This document shows, piece by piece, positions 47,838-57,862 of a stretch of 64,000 bases of DNA. Origin of the DNA: an uncultured Pelagibacterales bacterium (lineage in GTDB: Bacteria; Pseudomonadota; Alphaproteobacteria; TMED109); contig CAJWSU010000004.1 of assembly GCA_913046335.1 (NCBI GenBank), positions 30,260-94,259 of the forward strand. Reading direction: 5' to 3'. The stretch's first letter is position 1. Each line of letters opens with the position of its first letter. A model generated the notes under the pieces. The model worked only from the letters and a program-made list of their open reading frames with translations, ran no database searches and was not told where the DNA came from. The position numbers and the translations under genes were made by a program.

Positions 47838-48945
47838 ATCAAAAGCTTTAGAGTTAGAATTCGATGCTATAGGTTTTTGTGAAGCGGATTTACCAGAGAG
47901 CGTGACTAAGCATCTTCATGAATTTATAGATAAAGGTAGACATGGGTCAATGAAATGGCTCGCTGAAACTTCTCATAGAAGAAGTCAGCCTAGAAATATG
48001 TGGCAATCGGCTATGACTGCTATAGTTTTGGGTTGTAACTATGGACCGGAATATGATCCATTAAAAGCATTAAATAACAAAAATATAGGGAATATTAGTG
48101 TTTATGCCCAAAATAAAGATTACCATAAATGGGTTAAGGGGAGATTAAAAAACCTTGCTGGATGGCTAGTTTCTAAAACAAAAGGGCAGGTTAAAGTATT
48201 TGTAGATACTGCACCATTAATGGAAAAACCTCTTGCAGAAATTTCAAAAATAGGCTGGGTAGGAAAACACACTAATTTAGTTAGTCGAGATTTTGGCAGT
48301 TGGTTATTTCTTGGAGTAATACTATTAGACTTAAATATCATTGAAGAAAAGAATAAAATTCAGAAGAGTAATTGTGGTACTTGTTCTCAATGTATAGATA
48401 TTTGTCCAACTAATGCATTTGTAGCTCCATACAAATTGGATGCAAATAAATGTATATCCTATTTAACCATAGAGCATAAAACACATATACCTAGAGAGTA
48501 TAGGTCTTTAATGGGCAATAGAATATATGGTTGCGATGATTGTTTAGCTGTTTGCCCATGGAATAAATATGCAAAAATATCAAATAATATGTCTTTTTTG
48601 CCTAGAGAAGACCTTAAAAAACCATCATTAGAAAGTTTATCTATTTTATCTGATAAAGATTTCAGAGTATATTTTTCTGGTTCTCCAATTAAAAGAATAG
48701 GCAGGGATCAATTTATACGTAATGTATTAATAGCAATGGGAAACTCTTCTAATAAACTCTTAGTAAAACATATAATTGATTTACTGGGAGATAGTTCCCC
48801 AATAGTCCGGCTATCAGCTATTTGGGCTTTAGGCCAATTATGTCAAGAATCATTTTTTATTGAAATGAATAAGCGCGTTAATGAGGAAAAAGATAAAGAA
48901 GTAATAAGTGAATGGCTAGAGACGAAAAAAGAGATAAATCATTGA
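47812..48945 (+). CDS. queG: epoxyqueuosine reductase
   Basis: The translation has CGTCSQCIDICPTNA and CDDCLAVCPWNK (4Fe-4S clusters), plus C-terminal HEAT-like repeats. Confidence 0.92.
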   Translation: MKNLHEKIKSKALELEFDAIGFCEADLPESVTKHLHEFIDKGRHGSMKWLAETSHRRSQPRNMWQSAMTAIVLGCNYGPEYDPLKALNNKNIGNISVYAQNKDYHKWVKGRLKNLAGWLVSKTKGQVKVFVDTAPLMEKPLAEISKIGWVGKHTNLVSRDFGSWLFLGVILLDLNIIEEKNKIQKSNCGTCSQCIDICPTNAFVAPYKLDANKCISYLTIEHKTHIPREYRSLMGNRIYGCDDCLAVCPWNKYAKISNNMSFLPREDLKKPSLESLSILSDKDFRVYFSGSPIKRIGRDQFIRNVLIAMGNSSNKLLVKHIIDLLGDSSPIVRLSAIWALGQLCQESFFIEMNKRVNEEKDKEVISEWLETKKEINH

Positions 48946-48952
48946 GTTATTT

Positions 48953-49837
48953 ATGAGTAATATTGAAAAAAAAATAGCTATTTTAGGTTTAGGAAATATT
49001 TCATATGAGCTTTGTTCTAGCCTTATAAGAAAAGGATTTAAAGTTTTTGGAACCACTAATAATCCTGAAAGAAAGTCTCAGCTACAAAAATTAGGAGTAA
49101 AAGTTTTTAAACGTAATAAAACCTTACAATGTATATCAAATTCCACTAAATTAATTATAACATCTCCACCAGATTTACGAGGCTGCCCCGTAATTAGAGA
49201 TTATTTTAGAGAAATTGTAAATTCAGAAATAAAATGGATTGGGTATTTATCTAGTACATCTGTTTATGGCGATTATCATGGACAAAATGTAAATGAAGAT
49301 AGTGATTTAAAATTTTCAAACTCAACAGCAAAGTCTAGGCGTAGAGGAGAACAAGATTTACTAGATTTTGGTAATAAGTATTCTATTCCAATAGAAATAT
49401 TTAGAGTTTCTGGAATATATGGCCAGCATAGAAATATTATAAAACAAATACTTCATAATAAAATAAATCCAATATTTAAAGAAAATCATTTTTTTAATAG
49501 AATTCATGAAAAAGATATTGCTAGAGTACTATCTGAAGCCTCTGATTCAAAAATAAATTCAGGTATTATCAATTTATCAGATAGCTTGCCTGCTTCTCAA
49601 TTAGAAGTAATTAAATATGCAGCAAAAATTATGAAAATTAACCTTCCTAAATATAAAAATTATAAAGAAATCTATAATGATATGCCGGATACAATGAAAA
49701 GATTTTGGGAAAATAATAGACGAGTTGATAATAGTTTATTAATAGAACGCTATGGAGAATTAATATTCCCGAGCTACAAAGAGGGACTTAACTATATATA
49801 TAATAATTACTTATTTAATTCATCAAATAAAGATTGA
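48953..49837 (+). CDS. NAD(P)-binding Rossmann-fold (SDR/epimerase-like) protein
   Basis: The translation has IAILGLGNISYEL and SSTSVYGD. Confidence 0.7.
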   Translation: MSNIEKKIAILGLGNISYELCSSLIRKGFKVFGTTNNPERKSQLQKLGVKVFKRNKTLQCISNSTKLIITSPPDLRGCPVIRDYFREIVNSEIKWIGYLSSTSVYGDYHGQNVNEDSDLKFSNSTAKSRRRGEQDLLDFGNKYSIPIEIFRVSGIYGQHRNIIKQILHNKINPIFKENHFFNRIHEKDIARVLSEASDSKINSGIINLSDSLPASQLEVIKYAAKIMKINLPKYKNYKEIYNDMPDTMKRFWENNRRVDNSLLIERYGELIFPSYKEGLNYIYNNYLFNSSNKD

Positions 49838-50595
49838 GCAGTATATATAATTGTTTTTAATTGTTTATTATTAGAAAGTCGATGATCTCCATTTTTTATT
49901 ATTATTAATTCAGCATCTAAACTCTTGCATTTATTAAAAATTTTTAGACTTTCTTTCCAGCTAACTGCTTCATCTTTTTTTCCATGTATAAGTCTTAGGG
50001 GGCAATCTATATCCAATGTTTTAGAATTTAATATTAAATTTTTATTACCTGAATCTATATTTTTTTTAGTTATAGTATATCCGTTCTCATCATACTCTGA
50101 CGGAATGTAAGTAAAACCATTCTTAATTAGCTCTTCTTTTTTTTTATATCCTAAACCCTCTTGCCATAAACGTTTAGTGAAGTCTGGAGCTGCCGCGATA
50201 GTAATGATGCCTTTTATTTTATTTTTATTTAGTAAGGCTACTTTAATGGATATCCAGCCGCCCATACTAGACCCAATTAGTATTTGGGGACCAGAAGTAA
50301 TATTATTTAAAATTTCATTAGAATCTTCAATCCATTCTTTAATACTAGTATCAATAAATTTTTCAGAAGATTTTCCATGGCCAGAATAATCAAATAGCGT
50401 GCATTGAATTTTATTTTTTTTACACCAATCATAAATTTTTATCGCTTTAGTACCTAGCATATCTGAATTAAAGCCAGGAAAAAATAAAAAACCTATTTTT
50501 GATTTTCCTTTATAATGCTTATAGGCTAGTTTCCTTTTATATTTTGTAAGTAATGTTTTATGCACTAAAGTATATCCATAATAAAAAATTAACAT
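49807..50595 (-). CDS. alpha/beta-fold hydrolase
   Basis: The translation has FPGFNSD, a GSSMGG nucleophile elbow and a C-terminal GDHRL. Confidence 0.8.
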   Translation of the reverse strand: MLIFYYGYTLVHKTLLTKYKRKLAYKHYKGKSKIGFLFFPGFNSDMLGTKAIKIYDWCKKNKIQCTLFDYSGHGKSSEKFIDTSIKEWIEDSNEILNNITSGPQILIGSSMGGWISIKVALLNKNKIKGIITIAAAPDFTKRLWQEGLGYKKKEELIKNGFTYIPSEYDENGYTITKKNIDSGNKNLILNSKTLDIDCPLRLIHGKKDEAVSWKESLKIFNKCKSLDAELIIIKNGDHRLSNNKQLKTIIYTAQSLFDELNK

Positions 50596-50628
50596 GTAGC
50601 CTTAATTAAATTATTTTAAAGAATTTTT

Positions 50629-51774
50629 ATGAATTTAGATATTAAAAATTATTCAGTATTACAAGTTTTGCCTCACTTAAATAGTGGAGGGTTAGTTTCA
50701 GGAGCAATTGAGGTTTCAGAAGCTTTACAAAAAAGTGGAATGAGATCGTTTGTAGCTTCAGAAGGTGGAAGAAGAGAAAGGGAAATAATTAGGACAGGTG
50801 GAAAAGTTTTTAATTTTTCTTTGGGAAGCAAAAATCCTTTAATAATTTTTTTGAATATTTATAAATTATCAAGAATAATAAAAAAATATAAAATAAATAT
50901 TATTCATGCAAGAAGTAGAGCTCCTGCTTGGAGCGCTTACTTTGCAGCAAAAAAAATGGGAATACCTTTTGTTACTACTTTTCATGGAACTTATTCAATC
51001 CAAAATAATTTAAAGAAGAAATATAATAGTATTATGGTTAAAGCTGACAAAGTAATAGCAATCAGCAGCTTTATTAATAAGCATATCCTATCTAATTATA
51101 AGATAGATCAAGAAAAAATTGTGACTATTCATAGAGGTATTAATATAGAAAAATATGACTATTTAAAAGTTTCTAATGAAAGACTAATTGCTTTTTCAAA
51201 AAAATTTAATATCCCCGAAGATTCTTTTGTAATATTATTGCCAGGAAGAATTACAAGGTGGAAAGGCCATATTCTTCTCATTGAAGCTATTTCTAAGTTA
51301 CAAAGACCTGATATTATATGCTTATTTGTAGGAGACCTTCAAGGAAGAAATAAATATTTTGCAGAGTTAAATAAGACTATAGATAAGTTTAAACTAAAAA
51401 ATAATTTTAGAATAATTTCTAACCAGAGTGACATGGCGGTGATATACAAATTGTCTAATGTAGTAGTTTCAGCATCTTTAGAGCCGGAAGCTTTTGGTAG
51501 AGTAGTAGCAGAAGCGCAAGCAATGGGCAGACCTACTGTTGCAGTGAATCATGGAGGAGGGCCTGAGATAATTATAGATGGTGTAACAGGCTGGTTATTT
51601 AGACCAGGAGATGCTAATGATCTAGCAGAAAAAATTAATAAAGCACTTAATTTAAATATAGATGACAGAAAAAAAATGTCAGTGAAAGCAATTGAAAGAA
51701 CTAAATTAAATTTTAATAATGAAATGATGTGTGCAAAAAAATTAAATATATATGCAGAACTTGTAAATAAGTAG
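50629..51774 (+). CDS. glycosyltransferase family 4 (GT-B, retaining)
   Basis: The translation has the EPEAFGRVVAEAQAMGRPTVAVNHGGGPEII (E-x7-E) motif. Confidence 0.88.
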   Translation: MNLDIKNYSVLQVLPHLNSGGLVSGAIEVSEALQKSGMRSFVASEGGRREREIIRTGGKVFNFSLGSKNPLIIFLNIYKLSRIIKKYKINIIHARSRAPAWSAYFAAKKMGIPFVTTFHGTYSIQNNLKKKYNSIMVKADKVIAISSFINKHILSNYKIDQEKIVTIHRGINIEKYDYLKVSNERLIAFSKKFNIPEDSFVILLPGRITRWKGHILLIEAISKLQRPDIICLFVGDLQGRNKYFAELNKTIDKFKLKNNFRIISNQSDMAVIYKLSNVVVSASLEPEAFGRVVAEAQAMGRPTVAVNHGGGPEIIIDGVTGWLFRPGDANDLAEKINKALNLNIDDRKKMSVKAIERTKLNFNNEMMCAKKLNIYAELVNK

Positions 51775-51782
51775 TACTTAAT

Positions 51783-52727
51783 ATGAAAAATAATATTCTT
51801 GTTATAAAACATGGTGCTTTTGGTGATGTTATTCTGGCAGGTGCAGCTATGCAAGCAATAAGAAATTATCATAAAAATGATTATATAACTTGTCTCACAA
51901 CAGAACACTTCAGAAACATTTTAGAAGAATCCCCTTGGTTTGATAAGGTCGTGTCAGATTTAAAACCAAGGTGGAATAACATAAAAGGATGGCAAAATTT
52001 AAAGTTAATGTTTCGTAAATACAATTTCACGACAGTTTATGACCTACAAACATCTTACAGGTCTAATTTATATTTTTTTATTTTCTTTTTTACTAAAAAT
52101 ATTAAGTGGTGTGGAATTGCATACGGAAGTAGTCACCGGCATAAGAGTCTTAATAGAAAATTTATGCATACAATAGATAGGCAAAAAGCCCAATTAAAAC
52201 TGGCTAATATTGAATATAATCACCTACCTAATTGGAAATGGTTAGCTAAAAATTATAAGAATAATAGTATTGTCCCAGACAATAAATTTATTATTTTAGT
52301 TACTGGCGCAGCTCAACATAGATTAAATAAAAGATGGCCAAAATCTAACTATGCATCATTAATAGAAAATTTTTCCAAAATAGACATGCAATGTGTTCTG
52401 ATTGGTGGAAAAGATGAGTTTGATAATATAAAACATATTATTAGTCTTGTAGATAAAAATATAAAGAAAACGCCTCTTAATTATGCAGGCATGACTTCAT
52501 ATAAAGATATAGTATACCTAAGCGCTTATGCACAATCTGCAATAGGAAATGATACTGGACCGATACATCTAATAGCGACTACAGGGTTATCTACTATGGT
52601 ATTATTTGGATTCGCTTCTAAACCTTCACTTTGTGCGCCTAAAGGTAAAAATGTTATAATACTAAATAAAGGCTCTATTAAAGATATAAGTATAGATTTA
52701 GTATTTAATACAATTAAAAATTTATGA
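51783..52727 (+). CDS. glycosyltransferase family 9 (LPS heptosyltransferase-like)
   Basis: The translation has ILVIKHGAFGDVI and GNDTGPIHL. Confidence 0.85.
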   Translation: MKNNILVIKHGAFGDVILAGAAMQAIRNYHKNDYITCLTTEHFRNILEESPWFDKVVSDLKPRWNNIKGWQNLKLMFRKYNFTTVYDLQTSYRSNLYFFIFFFTKNIKWCGIAYGSSHRHKSLNRKFMHTIDRQKAQLKLANIEYNHLPNWKWLAKNYKNNSIVPDNKFIILVTGAAQHRLNKRWPKSNYASLIENFSKIDMQCVLIGGKDEFDNIKHIISLVDKNIKKTPLNYAGMTSYKDIVYLSAYAQSAIGNDTGPIHLIATTGLSTMVLFGFASKPSLCAPKGKNVIILNKGSIKDISIDLVFNTIKNL

Positions 52728-52859
52728 ATAGATTGAAATATATAGAATATAATATATAGATTGATTAAATATAGTTTAATTCATATTTGTATTTTATGTT
52801 TAAATATGTAATTTTCAAATTTTATAAAATTAATAACTAACTAAATAGGAGTAAGAAGC

Positions 52860-53450
52860 ATAGCAAAAAAAACTTTTAAAAACAATCAAATGTCTGAAGA
52901 TTTACATAAGATTAATGATCAGATTACTGCAGACCCAATTAGAGTTATAGATAGTGAAGGAATTATGCTCGGAATACTCTCGCTTAAAGAAGGTATAGAA
53001 AAAGCCGAAGAAGTAGGGTTAGATCTTGTAGAGGTCTCACCTAATGCCAAGCCGCCGGTATGTAAAATTATTGAGTATGGAAAATTTAAGTACGCAGCTC
53101 AAAAAAAAGCAGCAGAAGCTCGAAAGAAACAAAAAACAGTTGAAGTAAAAGAAATAAAGTTTAGACCAAATATTGACACTAATGATTATGAAATTAAAAT
53201 GAGAAGTGTGAGAAAGTTTATAAGAGGAGGAGATAAAGTAAAAATTACAATGAGGTTTAGAGGCAGAGAAATGAATCACCAGGATATAGGAGTAAAAGTT
53301 TTAAGACGTATTAGAGAAGATTTGGACATATTAGTAAAAATAGAACAGTTTCCTAAATTAGAAGGAAGGCAAATGGTGCAAATTTTTGCTCCTAATTTAT
53401 CAGAAAAAGCTGATTCTATGAGACAAAATGAGGTAACAACTGATAAGTAG
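52860..53450 (+). CDS. infC: translation initiation factor IF-3 (possible non-canonical ATA start at 52860; first ATG at 52890)
   Basis: The translation has KINDQI..IRVIDSEG, GLDLVEVSP, PPVCKIIEYGK and KEIKFRPNID. AGGAG at 52847-52851 lies 8 nt before an in-frame ATA. Confidence 0.93.
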   Translation: MAKKTFKNNQMSEDLHKINDQITADPIRVIDSEGIMLGILSLKEGIEKAEEVGLDLVEVSPNAKPPVCKIIEYGKFKYAAQKKAAEARKKQKTVEVKEIKFRPNIDTNDYEIKMRSVRKFIRGGDKVKITMRFRGREMNHQDIGVKVLRRIREDLDILVKIEQFPKLEGRQMVQIFAPNLSEKADSMRQNEVTTDK

Positions 53451-53485
53451 TACAATGTTTTAATAAGATTTTTTGTTTTTAGGGC

Positions 53486-53514
53486 TTGCAAATAGTGCCA
53501 TAGAGAGATATAGA
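53486..53514 (+). promoter_or_regulatory. candidate sigma-70 promoter for rpmI-rplT (TTGCAA-N17-TATAGA)
   Basis: The hexamers were read directly and the spacing counted as 17 nt. AT-rich context makes false positives easy. Confidence 0.3.
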
Positions 53515-53564
53515 GAACTTTATTTATTGCATAGAATATATTTAAAATATTAAGGAATACATAG

Positions 53565-53768
53565 ATGCCTAAAATTAAGACTAAAAGTGGCGCTAAAAAA
53601 CGTTTTAGTTTAACTAGCTCTGGTAAAGTAAAAATGGGACAGGCTGGTAAAAGACATGGTATGATAAAAAGAACAGCAAAATTTATTAGAAATGCTAGAG
53701 GCTCTACTATAATGGTTGATGCAGATGCTAAAATAATAAAAAAGAATTTTTTAAGAAATAGTTTATAA
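53565..53768 (+). CDS. rpmI: 50S ribosomal protein L35
   Basis: The translation begins [14 protein letters not shown]. It is in infC-rpmI-rplT synteny. Confidence 0.97.
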   Translation: MPKIKTKSGAKKRFSLTSSGKVKMGQAGKRHGMIKRTAKFIRNARGSTIMVDADAKIIKKNFLRNSL

Positions 53769-53795
53769 AAAGCTATTATAAGAAGAGGAAATATT

Positions 53796-54146
53796 ATGTC
53801 TCGTGTAAAACGTGGAGTTACTGCTCATAGTAGACATCTGAAAGTAATTAAAGCTGCAAAAGGTTCAAGAGGTAGACAGAAGAATACTTTCCGTGCGGCC
53901 ATACAAAGAGTAGAAAAAAATGGTCAGTATGCTTACAGAGACAGAAAAGCTAAAAAAAGATCCTTTAGAGGTTTGTGGATACAAAGAATAAATGCTGCAG
54001 CTAGAGAATTAGGAATGACTTATGGGGTTTTAATTAACAAATTAAATATTGCAGGTTTTGATATTAATAGAAAAATGTTAGCAGATCTTGCTGTGAGAGA
54101 ACCTGATTCTTTTAAATCTATAGTAGAAAAAGTAAAAAGTACTTAA
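53796..54146 (+). CDS. rplT: 50S ribosomal protein L20
   Basis: The translation has [14 protein letters not shown]...[19 protein letters not shown]. Confidence 0.97.
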   Translation: MSRVKRGVTAHSRHLKVIKAAKGSRGRQKNTFRAAIQRVEKNGQYAYRDRKAKKRSFRGLWIQRINAAARELGMTYGVLINKLNIAGFDINRKMLADLAVREPDSFKSIVEKVKST

Positions 54147-54225
54147 ATAATAAAAGTATATTTTTTTCTTTATATAACCTTTAATTATAATTAGTTTATA
54201 CTATGTAATTTTTTTTAATTAGATA

Positions 54226-55329
54226 ATGAAGGTTATTATGCCAAATATTAAAGATTTAGAAAAGAATGTTTTAATAGATATCTCCAAAGCTAAATCTTTT
54301 CAGGACTTGCAAATAATTAAAGTAAGAGAATTAGGAAAAAAGGGACAAATTTCCATATTAATGAAGTCTTTATCTTCTGTAAGTTATGAAGAAAAAAAAT
54401 CTTTAGGAAAAGCTTATAACGAACTTCGTTTAAAAGTATTAGATGCATTTCATGTTAAAGAGCAACAACTTAAAGAAATAGAAGTTACTAATAGAATAAA
54501 TAATGAAAATTTAGATATTACACTTCCTATCAGACCTGGTAATAATGATGATGAAGGAAAAATACATCCAATCAGTAGAACTATTGATGCAATAATAGAT
54601 ATATTTGCAAATTTTGGTTTTTCAGTTGAAACTGGGCCAGATATTGAAAACGATTTTAATAATTTTACAGCTTTAAATATTCCTGAGGACCATCCTGCAA
54701 GGCAAGATCATGATACATTTTATATTAAAAATAAACCTGGCGACGTAAGAAAACTTCTAAGAACGCATACTTCTCCAGTACAAATTAGAACTATGATTAA
54801 TAAAAAGCCTCCAATTAGAATAATTGCGCCTGGTAGAACTTTTAGGTGTGATGATGATTCAACACACTCTCCAATGTTTCATCAGATCGAAGGTTTAGTA
54901 ATTGATAAGAATATAAATATGGGCCACTTAAAAGGACTTATTAAGATATTTTGCGCAGAATTTTTTGAGGTAAATAATTTGCCTGTAAGATTTAGACCTT
55001 CCTATTTTCCTTTTACAGAACCAAGTGCTGAAATAGATATCGGATACAGTAAAAAAGGAAATACTATTAAAATTGGAGAAGGTTCTGATTGGTTAGAAGT
55101 TATGGGTTGTGGAATGGTTCATCCAAAAGTTTTAATAAACTGTGGTTTAGATCCTAAAGAATGGCAAGGTTTTGCTTTTGGATTAGGTGTTGAGAGGTTT
55201 GCTATGTTGAAATACGGTATAGCAGACTTGAGAAATTTTTATGCTGGAGATATTCGTTGGTTAGATCATTATGGTTTTTCTACACAAGGTGGTCCTTCAT
55301 ACACCTGGTCAAATTTTAAGGAGAATTAA
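54226..55329 (+). CDS. pheS: phenylalanine--tRNA ligase alpha subunit
   Basis: The translation has HPARQDHDTFY, LRTHTSPVQIR, FRPSYFPFTEPS and GFAFGLGVER. Confidence 0.97.
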   Translation: MKVIMPNIKDLEKNVLIDISKAKSFQDLQIIKVRELGKKGQISILMKSLSSVSYEEKKSLGKAYNELRLKVLDAFHVKEQQLKEIEVTNRINNENLDITLPIRPGNNDDEGKIHPISRTIDAIIDIFANFGFSVETGPDIENDFNNFTALNIPEDHPARQDHDTFYIKNKPGDVRKLLRTHTSPVQIRTMINKKPPIRIIAPGRTFRCDDDSTHSPMFHQIEGLVIDKNINMGHLKGLIKIFCAEFFEVNNLPVRFRPSYFPFTEPSAEIDIGYSKKGNTIKIGEGSDWLEVMGCGMVHPKVLINCGLDPKEWQGFAFGLGVERFAMLKYGIADLRNFYAGDIRWLDHYGFSTQGGPSYTWSNFKEN

Positions 55330-55332
55330 GAA

Positions 55333-57744
55333 TTGAAATTTTCTTTGTCATGGATTTCTGAGCATATCGAATTCAAATCAAATATTACTATTGATATGAT
55401 CAGTAAAAGTTTGACTAATTTAGGACTAGAAGTTGAATCTATTCAAGATAATTCAAAAGAGCTAAAAGGTTTCTTAATTGCAAAAATTATTGATATTTCT
55501 CCTCATCCTAATGCAGATAGATTAAATATATGTAAAGTGGAATTAGGCAACTCTGAGGTATCAGTAGTATGCGGAGCCTCAAATATTAAAAAAAATCTTA
55601 AGGTGGTTTTTGCTCCTATAGGTACTACAATTCCATCAAATGGAATGATTTTAAAAAAGAAGGATATTAGAGGCTTTTCGGGAGATGGAATGTTATGTTC
55701 CTTAGAAGAATTATGCCTAGAAGATAAAAGTGATGGTATAGCTGAATTGCCTGATGATGCACCTGTAGGAAAAATTTATGCCGATTGGGCAGAATTATCA
55801 GACCCAATATTTGAAATAGGACTTACTCCAAATAGAGGAGACTGTGCAAGTATATTAGGTTTAGCTAGAGAACTTTCTGCTATTGGGTTAGGTGAGCTTA
55901 AAAATAGAAAAAATTATAATATTAAGGGTTCATATAAATCTCCTATCAATTGGAAAATTGATCTAGATTCAAAAAATATCAATGCCTGTTCTTATGTTAA
56001 AGGCAGGCATTTTAAAGGCTTAAAAAATATTGAAAGTCCAGTATGGTTAAAGAAACGCCTAATTTCTATTGGTTTAAAACCAATTTCTACATTGGTGGAT
56101 CTTACAAACTTTATAACTTTTGATTTAGGCCGTCCTTTGCATGTTTTTGATGCGAAAAAAATTCAAGGTGATTTATGTATTAGAATGGCAAGTGATAATG
56201 AAGATTTAATAGCGCTAGATGGAAAAAAATACAGATTAAATAAAAATATTCTTATTATCTCAGATGAAAATAAGCCAGTTTCCATAGCAGGAGTAATGGG
56301 AGGAGTAGATACATCATGCGATGAAAATACTACAGAAATATTTTTAGAATCAGCTTATTTTAATAAAAAGAGCATAGCTATTTCTGGGAGATCATTAAAT
56401 ATATTATCAGATGCAAGGTATCGTTTTGAGAGAGGAGTGGATCCTGAGTTTATAGATGAAGGTATTAATATTATGACTAATTTAGTTTTAGGCATATGTG
56501 GAGGAGAAGTAAGCGAAGATGTTTATGCGGGAAAGGTAGACTTAAAAAAGATTAAAATAGATTTTAATTGTGCTAAGTTTAAGATGCTGTGTGGAATAGA
56601 AATGTCTGTTCAGGAACAAATAAGTATTTTATTAAAGCTGGGTTTTGAAGTTAAAAACAATCAAAATATATTATCTTTATTAGTGCCTACATGGAGACAT
56701 GATATTAGTGATGAGGTAGATATAGTAGAAGAATTATTGCGAGTTAAGGGTTATGATAATTTAGAGGATGCTTCTTTAGATAATTTTATTTCAATAAGAA
56801 AACCAGTTTTAAGTTTAGTAGAACATAGAAATAGACTAATTAGTTCCGCATTAGTAAAAAGAGGTCTATATGAGTTAGTTACTTTTTCATTTTTTTCAGA
56901 GATGTCAGCTTCATTATTTAAGAATAATATCTCTATTGTTACTTTAGATAACCCAATATCCCAAGAGTTGTCCATCATGAGATTTTCTTTACTTCCTAAT
57001 ATAATAGATCATTTTATAAGTAATAGTAAAAAAGGTTTAAAAAACTCTGGACTTTTTGAAGTTGGATCAGTTTATTATGGAGATAAAGAAGAAGATCAAT
57101 TTGTATGTTCAGCTGGAGTAAGGTCAGGTAATATTTCTTCAAGACATTGGTCTATTGATAATAGAGAAGTAGATATTTATGATGTTAAAAAAGATGCTTT
57201 TAAAGCTTTAGAATCAGTTGGAATATCTAGTAATAATTTAAGATTAGATAAAGATTTACCTGACTGGTATCACCCAGGCAGATCAGGAGCAATAAAAATA
57301 GGAAAAATCTTATTGGGGCATTTTGGTGAGTTGCATCCTAAATATTCAGAAAAATATGGAATTCGCATAGTATGTTTTGAATTATATCATAATAATTTTC
57401 CTAAGAATTATAAAAAAAAATCAAATAAAAATTTTATACCATATAGTCTTATGCCAATTAAAAGAGATTTCGCTTTTTTAGCGCAAAAAGAAACTAACGC
57501 GTCAGAACTAGTTAGTTCTATCGAAAAATCACTTATTACTATTAATTATATACAACTTTTAGAAGTAAATGTGTTTGATGTGTATTCAAAAAATTTATCT
57601 GAAGGAAATGATAAAAAATCTTTAGCAATAGAAATAATTTTTCAACCTATCGAATATACTTTAAAAGAAAATCAAATTTTAGATATATCAAACTTAATAG
57701 TAGAAAGTGTAAAAAAAGATACTAATGCTATACTTAGAGATTAA
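55333..57744 (+). CDS. pheT: phenylalanine--tRNA ligase beta subunit
   Basis: TTG start. The translation begins [12 protein letters not shown] and includes a tRNA-binding domain (HPNADRL..C.V), B3/4 and B5 domains, and a C-terminal FDVY. Confidence 0.97.
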   Translation: MKFSLSWISEHIEFKSNITIDMISKSLTNLGLEVESIQDNSKELKGFLIAKIIDISPHPNADRLNICKVELGNSEVSVVCGASNIKKNLKVVFAPIGTTIPSNGMILKKKDIRGFSGDGMLCSLEELCLEDKSDGIAELPDDAPVGKIYADWAELSDPIFEIGLTPNRGDCASILGLARELSAIGLGELKNRKNYNIKGSYKSPINWKIDLDSKNINACSYVKGRHFKGLKNIESPVWLKKRLISIGLKPISTLVDLTNFITFDLGRPLHVFDAKKIQGDLCIRMASDNEDLIALDGKKYRLNKNILIISDENKPVSIAGVMGGVDTSCDENTTEIFLESAYFNKKSIAISGRSLNILSDARYRFERGVDPEFIDEGINIMTNLVLGICGGEVSEDVYAGKVDLKKIKIDFNCAKFKMLCGIEMSVQEQISILLKLGFEVKNNQNILSLLVPTWRHDISDEVDIVEELLRVKGYDNLEDASLDNFISIRKPVLSLVEHRNRLISSALVKRGLYELVTFSFFSEMSASLFKNNISIVTLDNPISQELSIMRFSLLPNIIDHFISNSKKGLKNSGLFEVGSVYYGDKEEDQFVCSAGVRSGNISSRHWSIDNREVDIYDVKKDAFKALESVGISSNNLRLDKDLPDWYHPGRSGAIKIGKILLGHFGELHPKYSEKYGIRIVCFELYHNNFPKNYKKKSNKNFIPYSLMPIKRDFAFLAQKETNASELVSSIEKSLITINYIQLLEVNVFDVYSKNLSEGNDKKSLAIEIIFQPIEYTLKENQILDISNLIVESVKKDTNAILRD

Positions 57745-57746
57745 TA

Positions 57747-57836
57747 GGAGGGGTGGCCGAGCGGTCGAAGGCGCACGCTTGGAAAGCGTGTATACAGGAA
57801 ACTGTATCGTGGGTTCGAATCCCATCTCCTCCGCCA
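57747..57836 (+). tRNA. tRNA-Ser (anticodon GGA), long variable arm
   Basis: The sequence is GGAGGGGTGGCCGAGCGGTCGAAGGCGCACGCTTGGAAAGCGTGTATACAGGAAACTGTATCGTGGGTTCGAATCCCATCTCCTCCGCCA. The anticodon loop is TTGGAAA. Confidence 0.95.
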
Positions 57837-57862
57837 TTATTAGAATATTGTTAGAAATTTAA

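Noticed and set aside
52728-52770. A direct repeat of about 10 nt (TATAGATTGA) occurring twice upstream of infC.
   Set aside because: It is a short AT-only repeat in an AT-rich spacer, within chance expectation. It has no associated structure or ORF.
53486-53500. A sigma-54-like -24/-12 motif on the minus strand (TGGCAC-TATT-TGCAA), noticed because rpoN is present.
   Set aside because: The GG-to-GC spacing is 2 nt shorter than the invariant spacing of TGGCACG-N4-TTGC. It also points away from any minus-strand gene, into infC. The same bases are better explained as a sigma-70 -35 box on the plus strand.
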